A stretch of DNA of 64,000 bases from Pirellula sp. (GTDB lineage Bacteria > Planctomycetota > Planctomycetia > Pirellulales > Pirellulaceae), in contig JBKDKR010000092.1 in NCBI GenBank assembly GCA_046344995.1, positions 27,396 to 91,395 of the forward strand, read 5' to 3'. Position 1 is the first letter of the stretch, and the number at the start of each line of letters is the position of its first letter. The translations under genes were made by a program, and so were the position numbers. Below the pieces are notes generated by a model, which saw only the letters and a program-made list of their open reading frames with translations, made no database searches and was not told the DNA's origin. Shown in pieces: positions 38,851 to 48,133 of the stretch.

Positions 38851-40350
38851 ATGCGCACTTTAAGACAAGATTTAAGCGAAGTCATATCTACGGCTTGGCC
38901 GCTAATGCTTTCGACAGGATTGTTTTCGATCACGCTATTCGTAGACCGAATGCTCCTTTACAAATGGAGTGAAGGTGCAGCAGCTGCGGCAATGACAGCG
39001 GGTGTCGTATCCTGGGCGATCACCTGTTTACCGATGGGAATATGTGGTTATACCAATACGTTTGTGGCTCAATACTTAGCAGCCAAGCGTCCAGATCGAG
39101 CAATGCAGTTCGTCTACCAAGGTCTTTGGTTGGCGGTCGCCGTGCTTCCGATCCTGGTTCTTTTTGCAGTCTTCTCTCGGCAGTTCTTTCTGCTAGTTGG
39201 CCATTCTGAGACGTTGGCAACGATGGAGGCAGAGTATTTCAGGTGGCTGGTACCAGCCTCTGCTTCATCGATTCTTTCCGCGGCACTCGTTGGGCTTTAT
39301 GCCGGTTCTGGCCGGACACGTGTCCTGCTTATATCCGATGTGGTCGCGACAACGCTAAATGTTGTGCTCGACTATCTATTTATCTTTGGATTGATGGGCT
39401 TTCCTGCGTGGGGAACTGCTGGAGCGGCATTGGCCAGCAGTATCGCAATATCGCTCAAGCTCGTGGTATTGATCTACTTTGCTTGGCCAGATTTGATCCG
39501 AGGAGTTGCCCGTTCGAGACAACCAGAGACTGGACGATTAGACTCCATTGACAAGCTTATCTCCGATTTACCGGCAACATCAACCATCATCGATGGAACA
39601 TCCGATTCGCCAGCAGATAATCGGCCTCACAGGGAGGTACGAGGAGGCAGGATGGTACAATGGAAGCTCATGAAGCAATTGATCGATTATGGCTGGCCCG
39701 CTGGGGTTTCCGTCGTTGCGGAATCCTGGAGCTTTATGATCATCATGATGATTGTTGGGCAACTGGGCGAACAAGCAGCTGCGGCCACCACCTTAGCGCT
39801 AGGGGTCAATATCATCGCGTTTATCCCATTGGTAGGATTAGGCACAGCCGTGGGAGTGTTAGTTGGCAAATATCTAGTCACCGATGAGCGAGAAACCGCT
39901 AGGCGAATCGTGTTTAGTGGCCTGCTAATAGGCATTGCCTATAGCCTGATTTATGTCGTGCTATATGGTGGATTCCCCGATCTGGCGATGACCGTTTACA
40001 CCTACGATGTCGATCCAGTTCGATTTGAAGAGATGCGCCCTATTCTTCGGCCCTTGCTATATTTTATCGCATGCTACTGTGTTTTTGATGCCTTCCAAAT
40101 CGTATACGTTGGAGCACTAAAGGGTGCAGGCGACACCTACTTTGTCTTGGGTGGCCACATCTTTGCGGGAGCGTCAACGGTTATCGGTGCATTGATTGTC
40201 CGACAGCTAACTGGTTGGAACAGTCTCTACTATTGGTGGGGAGTAATTACTGTCTGGGTGATCTTATTGGCGATCATCTTTACAACTCGCTACCTACAAG
40301 GGGGCTGGCAAAACAAACGAGTGATCGATCCAACATTGATGATCGATTGA
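38851..40350 (+). CDS. MATE family efflux transporter
   Basis: NTFVAQYLAA, NVVLDYLFIFG...WGTAGAALAS, GALKGAGDT; about 12 TMs. Confidence 0.9.
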   Translation: MRTLRQDLSEVISTAWPLMLSTGLFSITLFVDRMLLYKWSEGAAAAAMTAGVVSWAITCLPMGICGYTNTFVAQYLAAKRPDRAMQFVYQGLWLAVAVLPILVLFAVFSRQFFLLVGHSETLATMEAEYFRWLVPASASSILSAALVGLYAGSGRTRVLLISDVVATTLNVVLDYLFIFGLMGFPAWGTAGAALASSIAISLKLVVLIYFAWPDLIRGVARSRQPETGRLDSIDKLISDLPATSTIIDGTSDSPADNRPHREVRGGRMVQWKLMKQLIDYGWPAGVSVVAESWSFMIIMMIVGQLGEQAAAATTLALGVNIIAFIPLVGLGTAVGVLVGKYLVTDERETARRIVFSGLLIGIAYSLIYVVLYGGFPDLAMTVYTYDVDPVRFEEMRPILRPLLYFIACYCVFDAFQIVYVGALKGAGDTYFVLGGHIFAGASTVIGALIVRQLTGWNSLYYWWGVITVWVILLAIIFTTRYLQGGWQNKRVIDPTLMID

Positions 40351-40377
40351 TCGCGGCTTATCGGCAAACCGAACAAC

Positions 40378-43300
40378 CTATCTATTCCAGAACTTCCATC
40401 GACGATCGGCTGATCGCTTCTCAGGCTCAGGTCGATTTTGAGCCTCCGGTTGTTTGGCGATCGGGACGTCCAGCTTAGAGCTCGAGATATTCACTGGGGA
40501 TTCCGGGCCGTTATCGTCAGCATCCTTCATCCATAAAAGCAGCGTGCGAACGAGCGTTGAATCGAGCAAGCGATAGATTGCTTCCGATGAGCCTTCGTTT
40601 AACGAACGTCGAGCCAAAAACAGAGAATTCCGGAAATCGATTCGCTCCCGTTCTAGCAAATAATCCGTTGCGATAGAGACACTATCGATGTCCATGGTAC
40701 AGTCACCTTGGACATCCAACTGGAGCCTGAACGTATTGCTCTCATTGATACCGAAATCTGTAAGCTCTTCAGAGAAGTCCTCTGTCCACTTGCCCCAGTT
40801 GTCGGTTCGCTTGCTAAAGTCCACCGATGCACTGCGGCGTGACACAACATCAAAACGAGAGTTGTTTTCATTCCAGATGAACAGAGTCCACTGCAAGTTC
40901 ATCGTGTTGCCTGGCTGAACTCTGTAGTGCATCGTGGCTTGCAATCGATTTGATTGCAGCTGAAATGTCGATGATTGCAACCAAGCAGCGGCGCCTGCTT
41001 TATCGCATTCCACTCGCAGGTGATTAGGTGTCGAGTGTGGCGAGTCGGATTCTAGAGTGATGCGAGCATTGGGATTGATTGAATTCCCCCAACCCGGAAT
41101 AAGATCCCCTTTAGACCCCGCTAGTGTCTGATCGAAATCGGAATTGAGTAGCAAATCATTCCGACCGGCCGGGATGCTGTACAGATTTACGGCAGCCTCA
41201 ACCCGTTGCAAAGCCGACTGATAAGATTGCATCGATGGAGACTCGTCCGTACCCCATGTATGAAGGGTTGCGTTAGGATTTTCCCAATTCAAAACCACGA
41301 TTTGATTTGCAGGAATGGTTAGAATTCTCGCCGTTGGCGATTGATCCACATCAACAAGATTGCATCCCGAATTGTCTACTCTCAGATTCTGAGGAATCAC
41401 ACTCCATTGTAAATTGACTGCGCTTTCCCATGGGTTCGCATTGAGGATTGCTGCACGAGTCGAGTCCTGAGACCTCCATGCTCGAATGCGATCGATGCGT
41501 CGCTGTAAAGCCTGCCCTTCAATGGGTATCGCGGTCGTAAGCCATTGTGCATGAGCCGGCATAACGCTTCTCATATCAGCCTGAGTATCCATAACGTTTG
41601 TCTGGTAAGCAATCGGCCGAAACCCATCTAACCACCAGCGGCGAGCAATCCATGCCCCAAGATTGGGGCTAGACGCATGAACGTAGACCATAGACGGACC
41701 ACCGGTTTGTGCTAGATCCACAACTGATGGCGGAATATCTGTGAATAAGTAAGCCAGATCACAATTCCATTCATTGATTATGCCCATCAACGCTTGCTGA
41801 TGCTTTAAGTAAATGGCATTGCCACTCAGTTGGCTAAGTGCAACGCGACGTTCCGCCATTTCGTTGGGAATTCGGCCATACTGATCCGACAGTAGCTTGT
41901 TAACAATCGGATCTGAAATCTGATCGATGGACTCAGCCAAAGCCAAATTACTCCCTTTGCCTAAGTGAATTGCATACCCTCGATATCCCTTGAGCTGACT
42001 GTATCGCCGCTCAAATTCCTTAAGAACGGACTTCATCTCGGCTTGTATTTCTGGGTGGTACGGATTCCATCTACCCGCGTCCCCTGCGAGCTCCCCTCCC
42101 TGAGTTCCCCACATGTCCTCTTTTATCTGCAGGTTTTTAAAGATGTGCAATGAACAATTCCATTCGAAGACTGGTATAAAATCGAGATCGTACCTATCGC
42201 ATAGAACGTAAATCCAATGAACGATATCCTTGGTGCTCGGATCTCGAGCAGCGGAATCGAAGACGCCTGTATTCAGCAATGGGCTGGATAGCATCCGCTC
42301 CGTTGGGTACAAAGTCGAGCCCGAAGAAAGCACCGGAATGGCAACACAACTTGCGCCACGATCTTTGCACAGCTTGAGCCAATCCTCAACAGCTTGAGCC
42401 ATCGTAGACCAAGTATCGTAACGACTCCTGCCTCGCTGGTACCGACCTCGAGTCAGCAATGTCCGCCATTGGTCAGCCTCCATGGTCTCGATGATCTTCG
42501 GCGCATCTTTGTGCCTAGACATATCATGACTGAGCTTATATTGCTGCTTGCCATCGGAGTGTTGAATTCGAAATTGGTTTAAAGTGATGGTTCCGTGTGC
42601 ACGCATACTGGTGATTCGAACGAGGGCTCGCGTGCTCGAGGATGTGAGTCGATACGAATAGTTTTCGTTATAAACCGCTGGCGAGTTGGCAAGCAAACGT
42701 CCAATAGTTGGCTGAATTTTGGAAACGGAGATAGGACGAACCTTTGTCTCACCGCCAGACTCGACGATCTCCGAAAAATGGAGTTCGAGTCCATCCATCG
42801 TCGATTCTGTGGAAAAGGAAAACAGGTATGGTTCGCGAGATTGCAAATCATCGATTGGCAAACTCAAGCTTTCACGAGGTCCGAGCGAAACCGATCGCAG
42901 ATCATCATCCTCTTTGCTCAGCGCTAACTTTCTAAGATTGTTGGTAACGCGCCCCCATGGCCGAACAGAAACAGGAAGAGATCTACCGGGCAGAAACTCA
43001 TTACCTAGCGATGAGTGCTCCCAATCGATTGATGCGTCACGGTTGCGATTGTTATCGTCCGGAGAATCACTGGTGTTTACTTCTGATGAAGCAACAATGA
43101 ATTGGATACGACGTTCAGCAATGCTACTCTGGAATACTTGCGTAAAGCTCCGTCGAGGCCTCAATTGAATCTGAATTTCATAAACACCGGGTCGGAGAGG
43201 AGCGTTGATCACCCCTAGACTCACTGCAGTCGATGAACCGCTGTCGTCCAAACTGACTGATACCGATCCTCGTTCGATCGAATTCGAATCTCCATCAGCC

Positions 43301-43923
43301 AGCATCTCCCAATCGAGAGTCCCGTTTTGGCTATGAGCAGTCGTAAGATTTGGGGTGATTTGAATGGGAAGCGATTCCCCGGGTGCAAACACCCAACTAG
43401 GACGTACGTTGCTAACGCGAAGCCTATCACCTGGAACACGATCAACGACCACTCTCGACTTTGAACCCAACACAAGCTCTTTAGGACCGGATAGGATTTG
43501 CTCCAGAGTGAATTGTGTTTCGAGTGGCTCAGCGGAATCATCTATCGGCGAGCCACGACTCGTTTCCGGCTTGAACCTCAATCTCAATACAGAGTCCAAC
43601 TTACCCGTAACTGATATATCGCACCCACCGAACCGAGTTTCGGGGTCCAGCACCAACACTCGATTAGGTTGATCAGATTTCCGGATCGTTCCGGTTCTAT
43701 CCAAGCTCAACTCGTGCGAAACTTTGAGAGGACTGTCCTCATGCTCGATTTCACCGATGTAGGAATTGAGCTCGTTTCCCCCCCAGACAATGCGCAACCC
43801 TAACTCCACGATAGGAGTAGAGCGTTGTACCCCAAACGTATGCTGGGCGCACGAAACGATCACAATCGACATCGCGACCATCAGAAATGCTGTAGATTTG
43901 ATTATTCTAGGCGGGGTCAACAT
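40378..43923 (-). CDS. Large exported hypothetical protein with glycoside-hydrolase-like TIM barrel and CBM-like domain
   Basis: Signal-like N-terminus; GSTLYP...LCDRYDLDFIP...WNPYHPEIQ; LLNSDFD...PGW; family assignment tentative. Confidence 0.65.
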   Translation of the reverse strand: MLTPPRIIKSTAFLMVAMSIVIVSCAQHTFGVQRSTPIVELGLRIVWGGNELNSYIGEIEHEDSPLKVSHELSLDRTGTIRKSDQPNRVLVLDPETRFGGCDISVTGKLDSVLRLRFKPETSRGSPIDDSAEPLETQFTLEQILSGPKELVLGSKSRVVVDRVPGDRLRVSNVRPSWVFAPGESLPIQITPNLTTAHSQNGTLDWEMLADGDSNSIERGSVSVSLDDSGSSTAVSLGVINAPLRPGVYEIQIQLRPRRSFTQVFQSSIAERRIQFIVASSEVNTSDSPDDNNRNRDASIDWEHSSLGNEFLPGRSLPVSVRPWGRVTNNLRKLALSKEDDDLRSVSLGPRESLSLPIDDLQSREPYLFSFSTESTMDGLELHFSEIVESGGETKVRPISVSKIQPTIGRLLANSPAVYNENYSYRLTSSSTRALVRITSMRAHGTITLNQFRIQHSDGKQQYKLSHDMSRHKDAPKIIETMEADQWRTLLTRGRYQRGRSRYDTWSTMAQAVEDWLKLCKDRGASCVAIPVLSSGSTLYPTERMLSSPLLNTGVFDSAARDPSTKDIVHWIYVLCDRYDLDFIPVFEWNCSLHIFKNLQIKEDMWGTQGGELAGDAGRWNPYHPEIQAEMKSVLKEFERRYSQLKGYRGYAIHLGKGSNLALAESIDQISDPIVNKLLSDQYGRIPNEMAERRVALSQLSGNAIYLKHQQALMGIINEWNCDLAYLFTDIPPSVVDLAQTGGPSMVYVHASSPNLGAWIARRWWLDGFRPIAYQTNVMDTQADMRSVMPAHAQWLTTAIPIEGQALQRRIDRIRAWRSQDSTRAAILNANPWESAVNLQWSVIPQNLRVDNSGCNLVDVDQSPTARILTIPANQIVVLNWENPNATLHTWGTDESPSMQSYQSALQRVEAAVNLYSIPAGRNDLLLNSDFDQTLAGSKGDLIPGWGNSINPNARITLESDSPHSTPNHLRVECDKAGAAAWLQSSTFQLQSNRLQATMHYRVQPGNTMNLQWTLFIWNENNSRFDVVSRRSASVDFSKRTDNWGKWTEDFSEELTDFGINESNTFRLQLDVQGDCTMDIDSVSIATDYLLERERIDFRNSLFLARRSLNEGSSEAIYRLLDSTLVRTLLLWMKDADDNGPESPVNISSSKLDVPIAKQPEAQNRPEPEKRSADRRWKFWNR

Positions 43924-44288
43924 ACCTCGGATCTAAGAGTTGGAGACAGGCATCGCCCGAAGAGTACACTTTTTCCCCCAGTTGCGACTACTCCAATCTT
44001 GCAAGCAATTTTGCTAGCACAGCCGCAAGTTGGGAGACTTTTATAGGTAGTTGGTCGCTAGCCAAACAAACAAAACGCCTGTTGCCTCGCGACTACAATT
44101 CGACTCAAACGCTAGCGAAATGCCCACATCTCAGATGTCTGCTGACCGACGGTCATTTTGCATTCGATGGGCAACTACGCTACAACAGTACTTGCCATGC
44201 TTAGAAAACGCTGCTTTCTAAGCCATTTGAGAGGGTTCGATCAACATGCCGCAACCATTTCGGTACCGCTCCGCAAGAGGAACAAAAA

Positions 44289-45389
44289 TTGCCAAAGCCC
44301 CATAACCCCCATTCGACGAATCACTCTAACGATCTTTCCCACGATCGAAGACGCTTTCTCTCTGGCTTGGGGATTGCTGGGTTAAGCCTAGGACTGCAAT
44401 CACCCCTTTCAGCACAAACGAGGCGAGCAACGGATCGCAACCCGGACTGGGAAAACTCGATTCGACGGGGACTTGATTATTTAACAAAGACCCAATCGAG
44501 CCGAGGACAATGGAATACGCCCCCTTATCCAGTCGCGATCGGTGCATTGGCCGGAACTGCTATGATTTGCAGTGGTTCAACCATCACCCAAGGTCCCTAT
44601 TCCAAGTACATCGCGAGGGCGGTGGATTATTTGATAAGCCAATGTCAACCGACGGGCCTCATCGGCGATCCCATCAACGACTCGCGATACACCTATGGTC
44701 ACGGGTTCTCTATGTTGTTCTTGTCACAAGTCCTCGGTGAAGAGGGGCTTCAAGATCGACGAGACGATCTAGTTGATGTATTGACCAAAGCGGTCAAATT
44801 CTGCGGACAAGCACAAACGCCCGATGGTGGGTGGGGATATCTTAGCGCCAAAGACGACAATAACTTTGACGAAGGCTCAACAACCATAACTCAGGTCCAA
44901 GGACTAAGAGGTTGCCGAAACGCCGGCATCCCCGTTCCGAATGAAATCATCGAAGCAGCCAAACGTTACATCTACAAATGTCAGAACGATGATGGTGGCA
45001 TCAGTTACTCAAGCCAACAGCTAGGTAGCTCGCGGCCCGCAATTACCGCCGCGAGCTTAGCGGCTCTATACAATGCAGGTGACTACGACAGCAAAAAAGT
45101 CCCCGAGATGCTCGCTTATTGCCGTAACGCACTGTATTCCATTACGGCTGGCGAATCCCTTTTTGGTCACTGGCACTATACCTATATGTATTATTCCCAA
45201 GTTGTTTATCGACAAGGAGACGAAGACTGGATTCCTTTCCGCGATCGATTGTACGACCGCATCGTCTCCGAGCAATCTAGCGATGGAGGCTGGGAGGTTG
45301 AAGGAGGGATCCACAAAGTCTACACGACCGCTTGTAGCTTGATTATGATGCAGCTCGACAAAGGCTACTTGCCCATCTTTCAACGATGA
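44289..45389 (+). CDS. Tat-exported prenyltransferase/squalene-oxidase repeat protein
   Basis: RRRFL Tat motif; QW repeats QSSRGQW, QTPDGGWGY, QNDDGG, QSSDGGW. Confidence 0.85.
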   Translation: MPKPHNPHSTNHSNDLSHDRRRFLSGLGIAGLSLGLQSPLSAQTRRATDRNPDWENSIRRGLDYLTKTQSSRGQWNTPPYPVAIGALAGTAMICSGSTITQGPYSKYIARAVDYLISQCQPTGLIGDPINDSRYTYGHGFSMLFLSQVLGEEGLQDRRDDLVDVLTKAVKFCGQAQTPDGGWGYLSAKDDNNFDEGSTTITQVQGLRGCRNAGIPVPNEIIEAAKRYIYKCQNDDGGISYSSQQLGSSRPAITAASLAALYNAGDYDSKKVPEMLAYCRNALYSITAGESLFGHWHYTYMYYSQVVYRQGDEDWIPFRDRLYDRIVSEQSSDGGWEVEGGIHKVYTTACSLIMMQLDKGYLPIFQR

Positions 45390-46531
45390 ACCATCGACAA
45401 ACACAAGACTCATCAGCGCAACCTTATGTTCAAGTCTCTCTGATTTGGCTACCGATTGTCTGGATCGTGGTCTGCGTATTCGCTCCAGGCCTTTTGTCAG
45501 GAGATGAATGGGAGGTCGTCAATCTAGCTGGCACAGGAAAGGCCGGATTTCGTGGGGAAGGAGGTCCTGCAGTTGAGGCAGAGCTAAACAACCCATTTGG
45601 AGTAATTCGTGGACCCGATGGCTGCATATGGTTCTGCGAGTACTCAGGCAATTTGGTTCGCAGAATCGACTCCAACGGAATTCTAAAGACTATCGTAGGA
45701 AACGGAGAAAAAGGTTATCGAGGAGATGGAGGACCGGCTCGCAAGTCATCTCTAAATCTTCCGCACGAGATACGGTTTGGTCCTGATGCAAAGCTGTATA
45801 TTGTCGACATGGGCAATCATGTCGTTAGACGAGTCGATCTCCAGGCAGACCGAATCGACACGATCGCGGGTACTGGTGAACCAGGATACTCGGGAGACGG
45901 CGGCCCGGCTGTACAAGCCAAGCTGAAACAGCCGCATAGTATTCAATTTGGCCCTGATGGCAGACTTTACATTTGTGACATCGGTAATCATGCGATTCGA
46001 GTGGTCGATCTAAGCACCGGCCAAATATCGACGTTTGCAGGAGGTAAACCACCAGGCCCAACGTCCGATGGTTCGCACCTAAACGATGTCACCTTTAATG
46101 GACCTCGCTCCATTGATTTCGACAAGCGCGGTGATATGTGGTTAGCAACACGCGAGGGGAATCAAGTCTTTCGTATCTCCATGACCGATCAAAGAGTCTG
46201 GCATGTTGCAGGTACAGGCGAAAAAGGATTTACTGGACACGGAGGAGAGGCCAAACGAGCGAAGCTGAGTGGACCTAAAGGCATTGCGATCGATTCGCGA
46301 GGCGATGTGTGGTTGGCCGACACAGAAAGTCATTCCGTAAGGCGGATTAGCGAAGAGGGAAGAACCATAGACTTAGTCGCGGGAACTGGCGAGGCCGGGG
46401 ATGGGCCCAACGGAGAGGCTTTGCGATGTCGATTAAATCGACTCCATGGGATTTACGCCGACGATGACGATTCGATTTTGATTGGCGATAGTGAATCGCA
46501 TCGCATCCGCGAATTGCGACGCAAAAAGTAA
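45386..46531 (+). CDS. Exported NHL-repeat beta-propeller protein
   Basis: Repeated AGTG...GDGGPA...L..P..I...PDG.LYI.D..NH. Confidence 0.88.
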   Translation: MNHRQTQDSSAQPYVQVSLIWLPIVWIVVCVFAPGLLSGDEWEVVNLAGTGKAGFRGEGGPAVEAELNNPFGVIRGPDGCIWFCEYSGNLVRRIDSNGILKTIVGNGEKGYRGDGGPARKSSLNLPHEIRFGPDAKLYIVDMGNHVVRRVDLQADRIDTIAGTGEPGYSGDGGPAVQAKLKQPHSIQFGPDGRLYICDIGNHAIRVVDLSTGQISTFAGGKPPGPTSDGSHLNDVTFNGPRSIDFDKRGDMWLATREGNQVFRISMTDQRVWHVAGTGEKGFTGHGGEAKRAKLSGPKGIAIDSRGDVWLADTESHSVRRISEEGRTIDLVAGTGEAGDGPNGEALRCRLNRLHGIYADDDDSILIGDSESHRIRELRRKK

Positions 46532-46605
46532 ACGAAAGCCAATCGCTCGATTCGTTAGCATTGCCTGCATTCATCCGAATAATTCGATAAATAAAGATTT
46601 ATCTA

Positions 46606-46634
46606 TTGACTCGGAATAACCGCAAGTCGATACT
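46606..46634 (+). promoter_or_regulatory. Sigma70-like promoter about 270 nt upstream of the RRM gene
   Basis: TTGACT, 17 bp, GATACT. Confidence 0.6.
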
Positions 46635-46904
46635 TAGGTATCGATGAATTAACAGGTCGTCCGCCCATTCTTGATAAGATCCGTCTTTTTGAGATCTGAT
46701 TGTCTGCTGGTTTGACTCGGTAAAGTTTAGCGATTCGGTGTTTAGAATCGAGCACGTGCTTCGATTACTGGATCAGCTTCTTCTTAGGTTTTCTGATTTG
46801 CTCGCGTTGTCTTCAAGATCTTGTGGTTTGCCGGTTTTAGAACCGATCGAGATTGCTTGTCTATTGTCTGATGATCGATGTGTGGATTGGATAGGAGTAT
46901 TGTT

Positions 46905-47276
46905 ATGACGAATATTTACGTTGGAAACCTTTCATTTCGTGCGACCGAAGGCGAATTGCGTGATGCATTCTCCCGTTTCGGCGATGTGACCAAGGTTAGC
47001 ATCATCATGGACCGCGAAACCGGCCGCTCACGTGGCTTTGGCTTCGTTGAAATGGGCAATTCGCAAGAAGCCCGCGCAGCAATCCAAGGCTTGAACGGAT
47101 CCACAATCGCCGACCGCGAAATCTCGTGCAACGAAGCACGTGAACGAGAAAGCCGACCTTCGGGCGGTGGCGGCGGATACGGTGGTGGTGGCCACGGTGG
47201 TGGTGGTGGCGGATACGGCGGCGGTGGTGGTGGCGGCGGACGTCGCGATCATTCCAACCGTGGTGGTCGCTACTAA
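46905..47276 (+). CDS. RRM RNA-binding protein with Gly-rich tail
   Basis: RNP2 IYVGNL, RNP1 RGFGFVEM; GGY repeats; RBS AGGAG. Confidence 0.95.
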   Translation: MTNIYVGNLSFRATEGELRDAFSRFGDVTKVSIIMDRETGRSRGFGFVEMGNSQEARAAIQGLNGSTIADREISCNEARERESRPSGGGGGYGGGGHGGGGGGYGGGGGGGGRRDHSNRGGRY

Positions 47277-47312
47277 GCGATCTCGGTTACAACACAAATA
47301 AAAACACTTAAA

Positions 47313-47346
47313 ACCATCGGCGATAATCGCCGGTGGTTTTTTATTT
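47313..47346 (+). terminator. Intrinsic terminator, possibly bidirectional
   Basis: 11-bp stem ACCATCGGCGA-TAA-TCGCCGGTGGT followed by a T run. Confidence 0.8.
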
Positions 47347-47411
47347 GCCCAACGAATGATAGACCAATTGAGACTTTCGCTGTCCACCCAAAGTTGTCTC
47401 AACGAGAGGGT

Positions 47412-47984
47412 CTATTCGCCAGCGGTCGCGTGGTGAACCAACTCACGATACGTCTGCCGAAGTGTTGGGTGCAAAAAACGAGCGAATGAACCATCCAGTT
47501 TGCGAACGGCAATCAATTCGACAACGTCAGCGAAGTCTTTGTGGGTCCGTCGCAGATTGCTTTGCCCACACGCAAGCTTCATCTCGATCAATCTCGAAAG
47601 ACGCACAACGGACAAGCCATCTCGCTCTTCAACATTTGATTCTCCAACCGGTTCCGGAATTTTGACTTCCGCACCCTTGCCGGCTCGCTCACCTGCCATA
47701 AGAAACTGCACCGGTATGCCAGACGAACTTCGAAACTCCTTTAGCTCTTCATCCCACACAAAAGATTCGCCGAGAAATAGGTCTTTCACTGCGGCAGCGT
47801 CGATCGGGTTGATGATCAGATCGAGGTCCGTCGTATTACGTTGATACCCATGCAAACAAACGGCGACTCCACCACAAATCGAGTGTGGAATATTGGACTG
47901 TTTTAAGATTTGGTGTGATCGCAACGCGATCTCCCAAAGAGACTCGTTTCCAAGCATTGCGTAAACCTGCGCCGTTGTTGTCAT
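47412..47984 (-). CDS. Pol-beta-like nucleotidyltransferase family protein
   Basis: GGVAVCLHGYQRNTTDLDL; KLA...R...D..D; RBS GAGGAG. Confidence 0.75.
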   Translation of the reverse strand: MTTTAQVYAMLGNESLWEIALRSHQILKQSNIPHSICGGVAVCLHGYQRNTTDLDLIINPIDAAAVKDLFLGESFVWDEELKEFRSSSGIPVQFLMAGERAGKGAEVKIPEPVGESNVEERDGLSVVRLSRLIEMKLACGQSNLRRTHKDFADVVELIAVRKLDGSFARFLHPTLRQTYRELVHHATAGE

Positions 47985-48042
47985 TATCTCCTCATGTTTG
48001 CTAATAGTATAGCACACGAAAGCCATGCTTTTGCTATCAGAC

Positions 48043-48111
48043 GTAGCCGACCTGGGCAAAGATTGGACGTATTGCTGGCGTGCTATCCAAAGTCTTGGCG
48101 ACTTCGGCTAC
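48043..48111. repeat. GTAG-footed REPIN-like inverted pair
   Basis: GTAGCCGACCTGGGCAAAGATTGG ... CCAAAGTCTTGGCGACTTCGGCTAC. Confidence 0.65.
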
Positions 48112-48133
48112 CGGATGTAACCGTTCTACTCTG

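Noticed and set aside
40320-40420. GATCGAT-rich pseudo-repeat at the MATE / large-gene convergence
   Set aside because: Explained by the coding ends of the two convergent genes
47160-47240. GGC/GGT microsatellite
   Set aside because: Encodes the ordinary Gly-rich RRM tail
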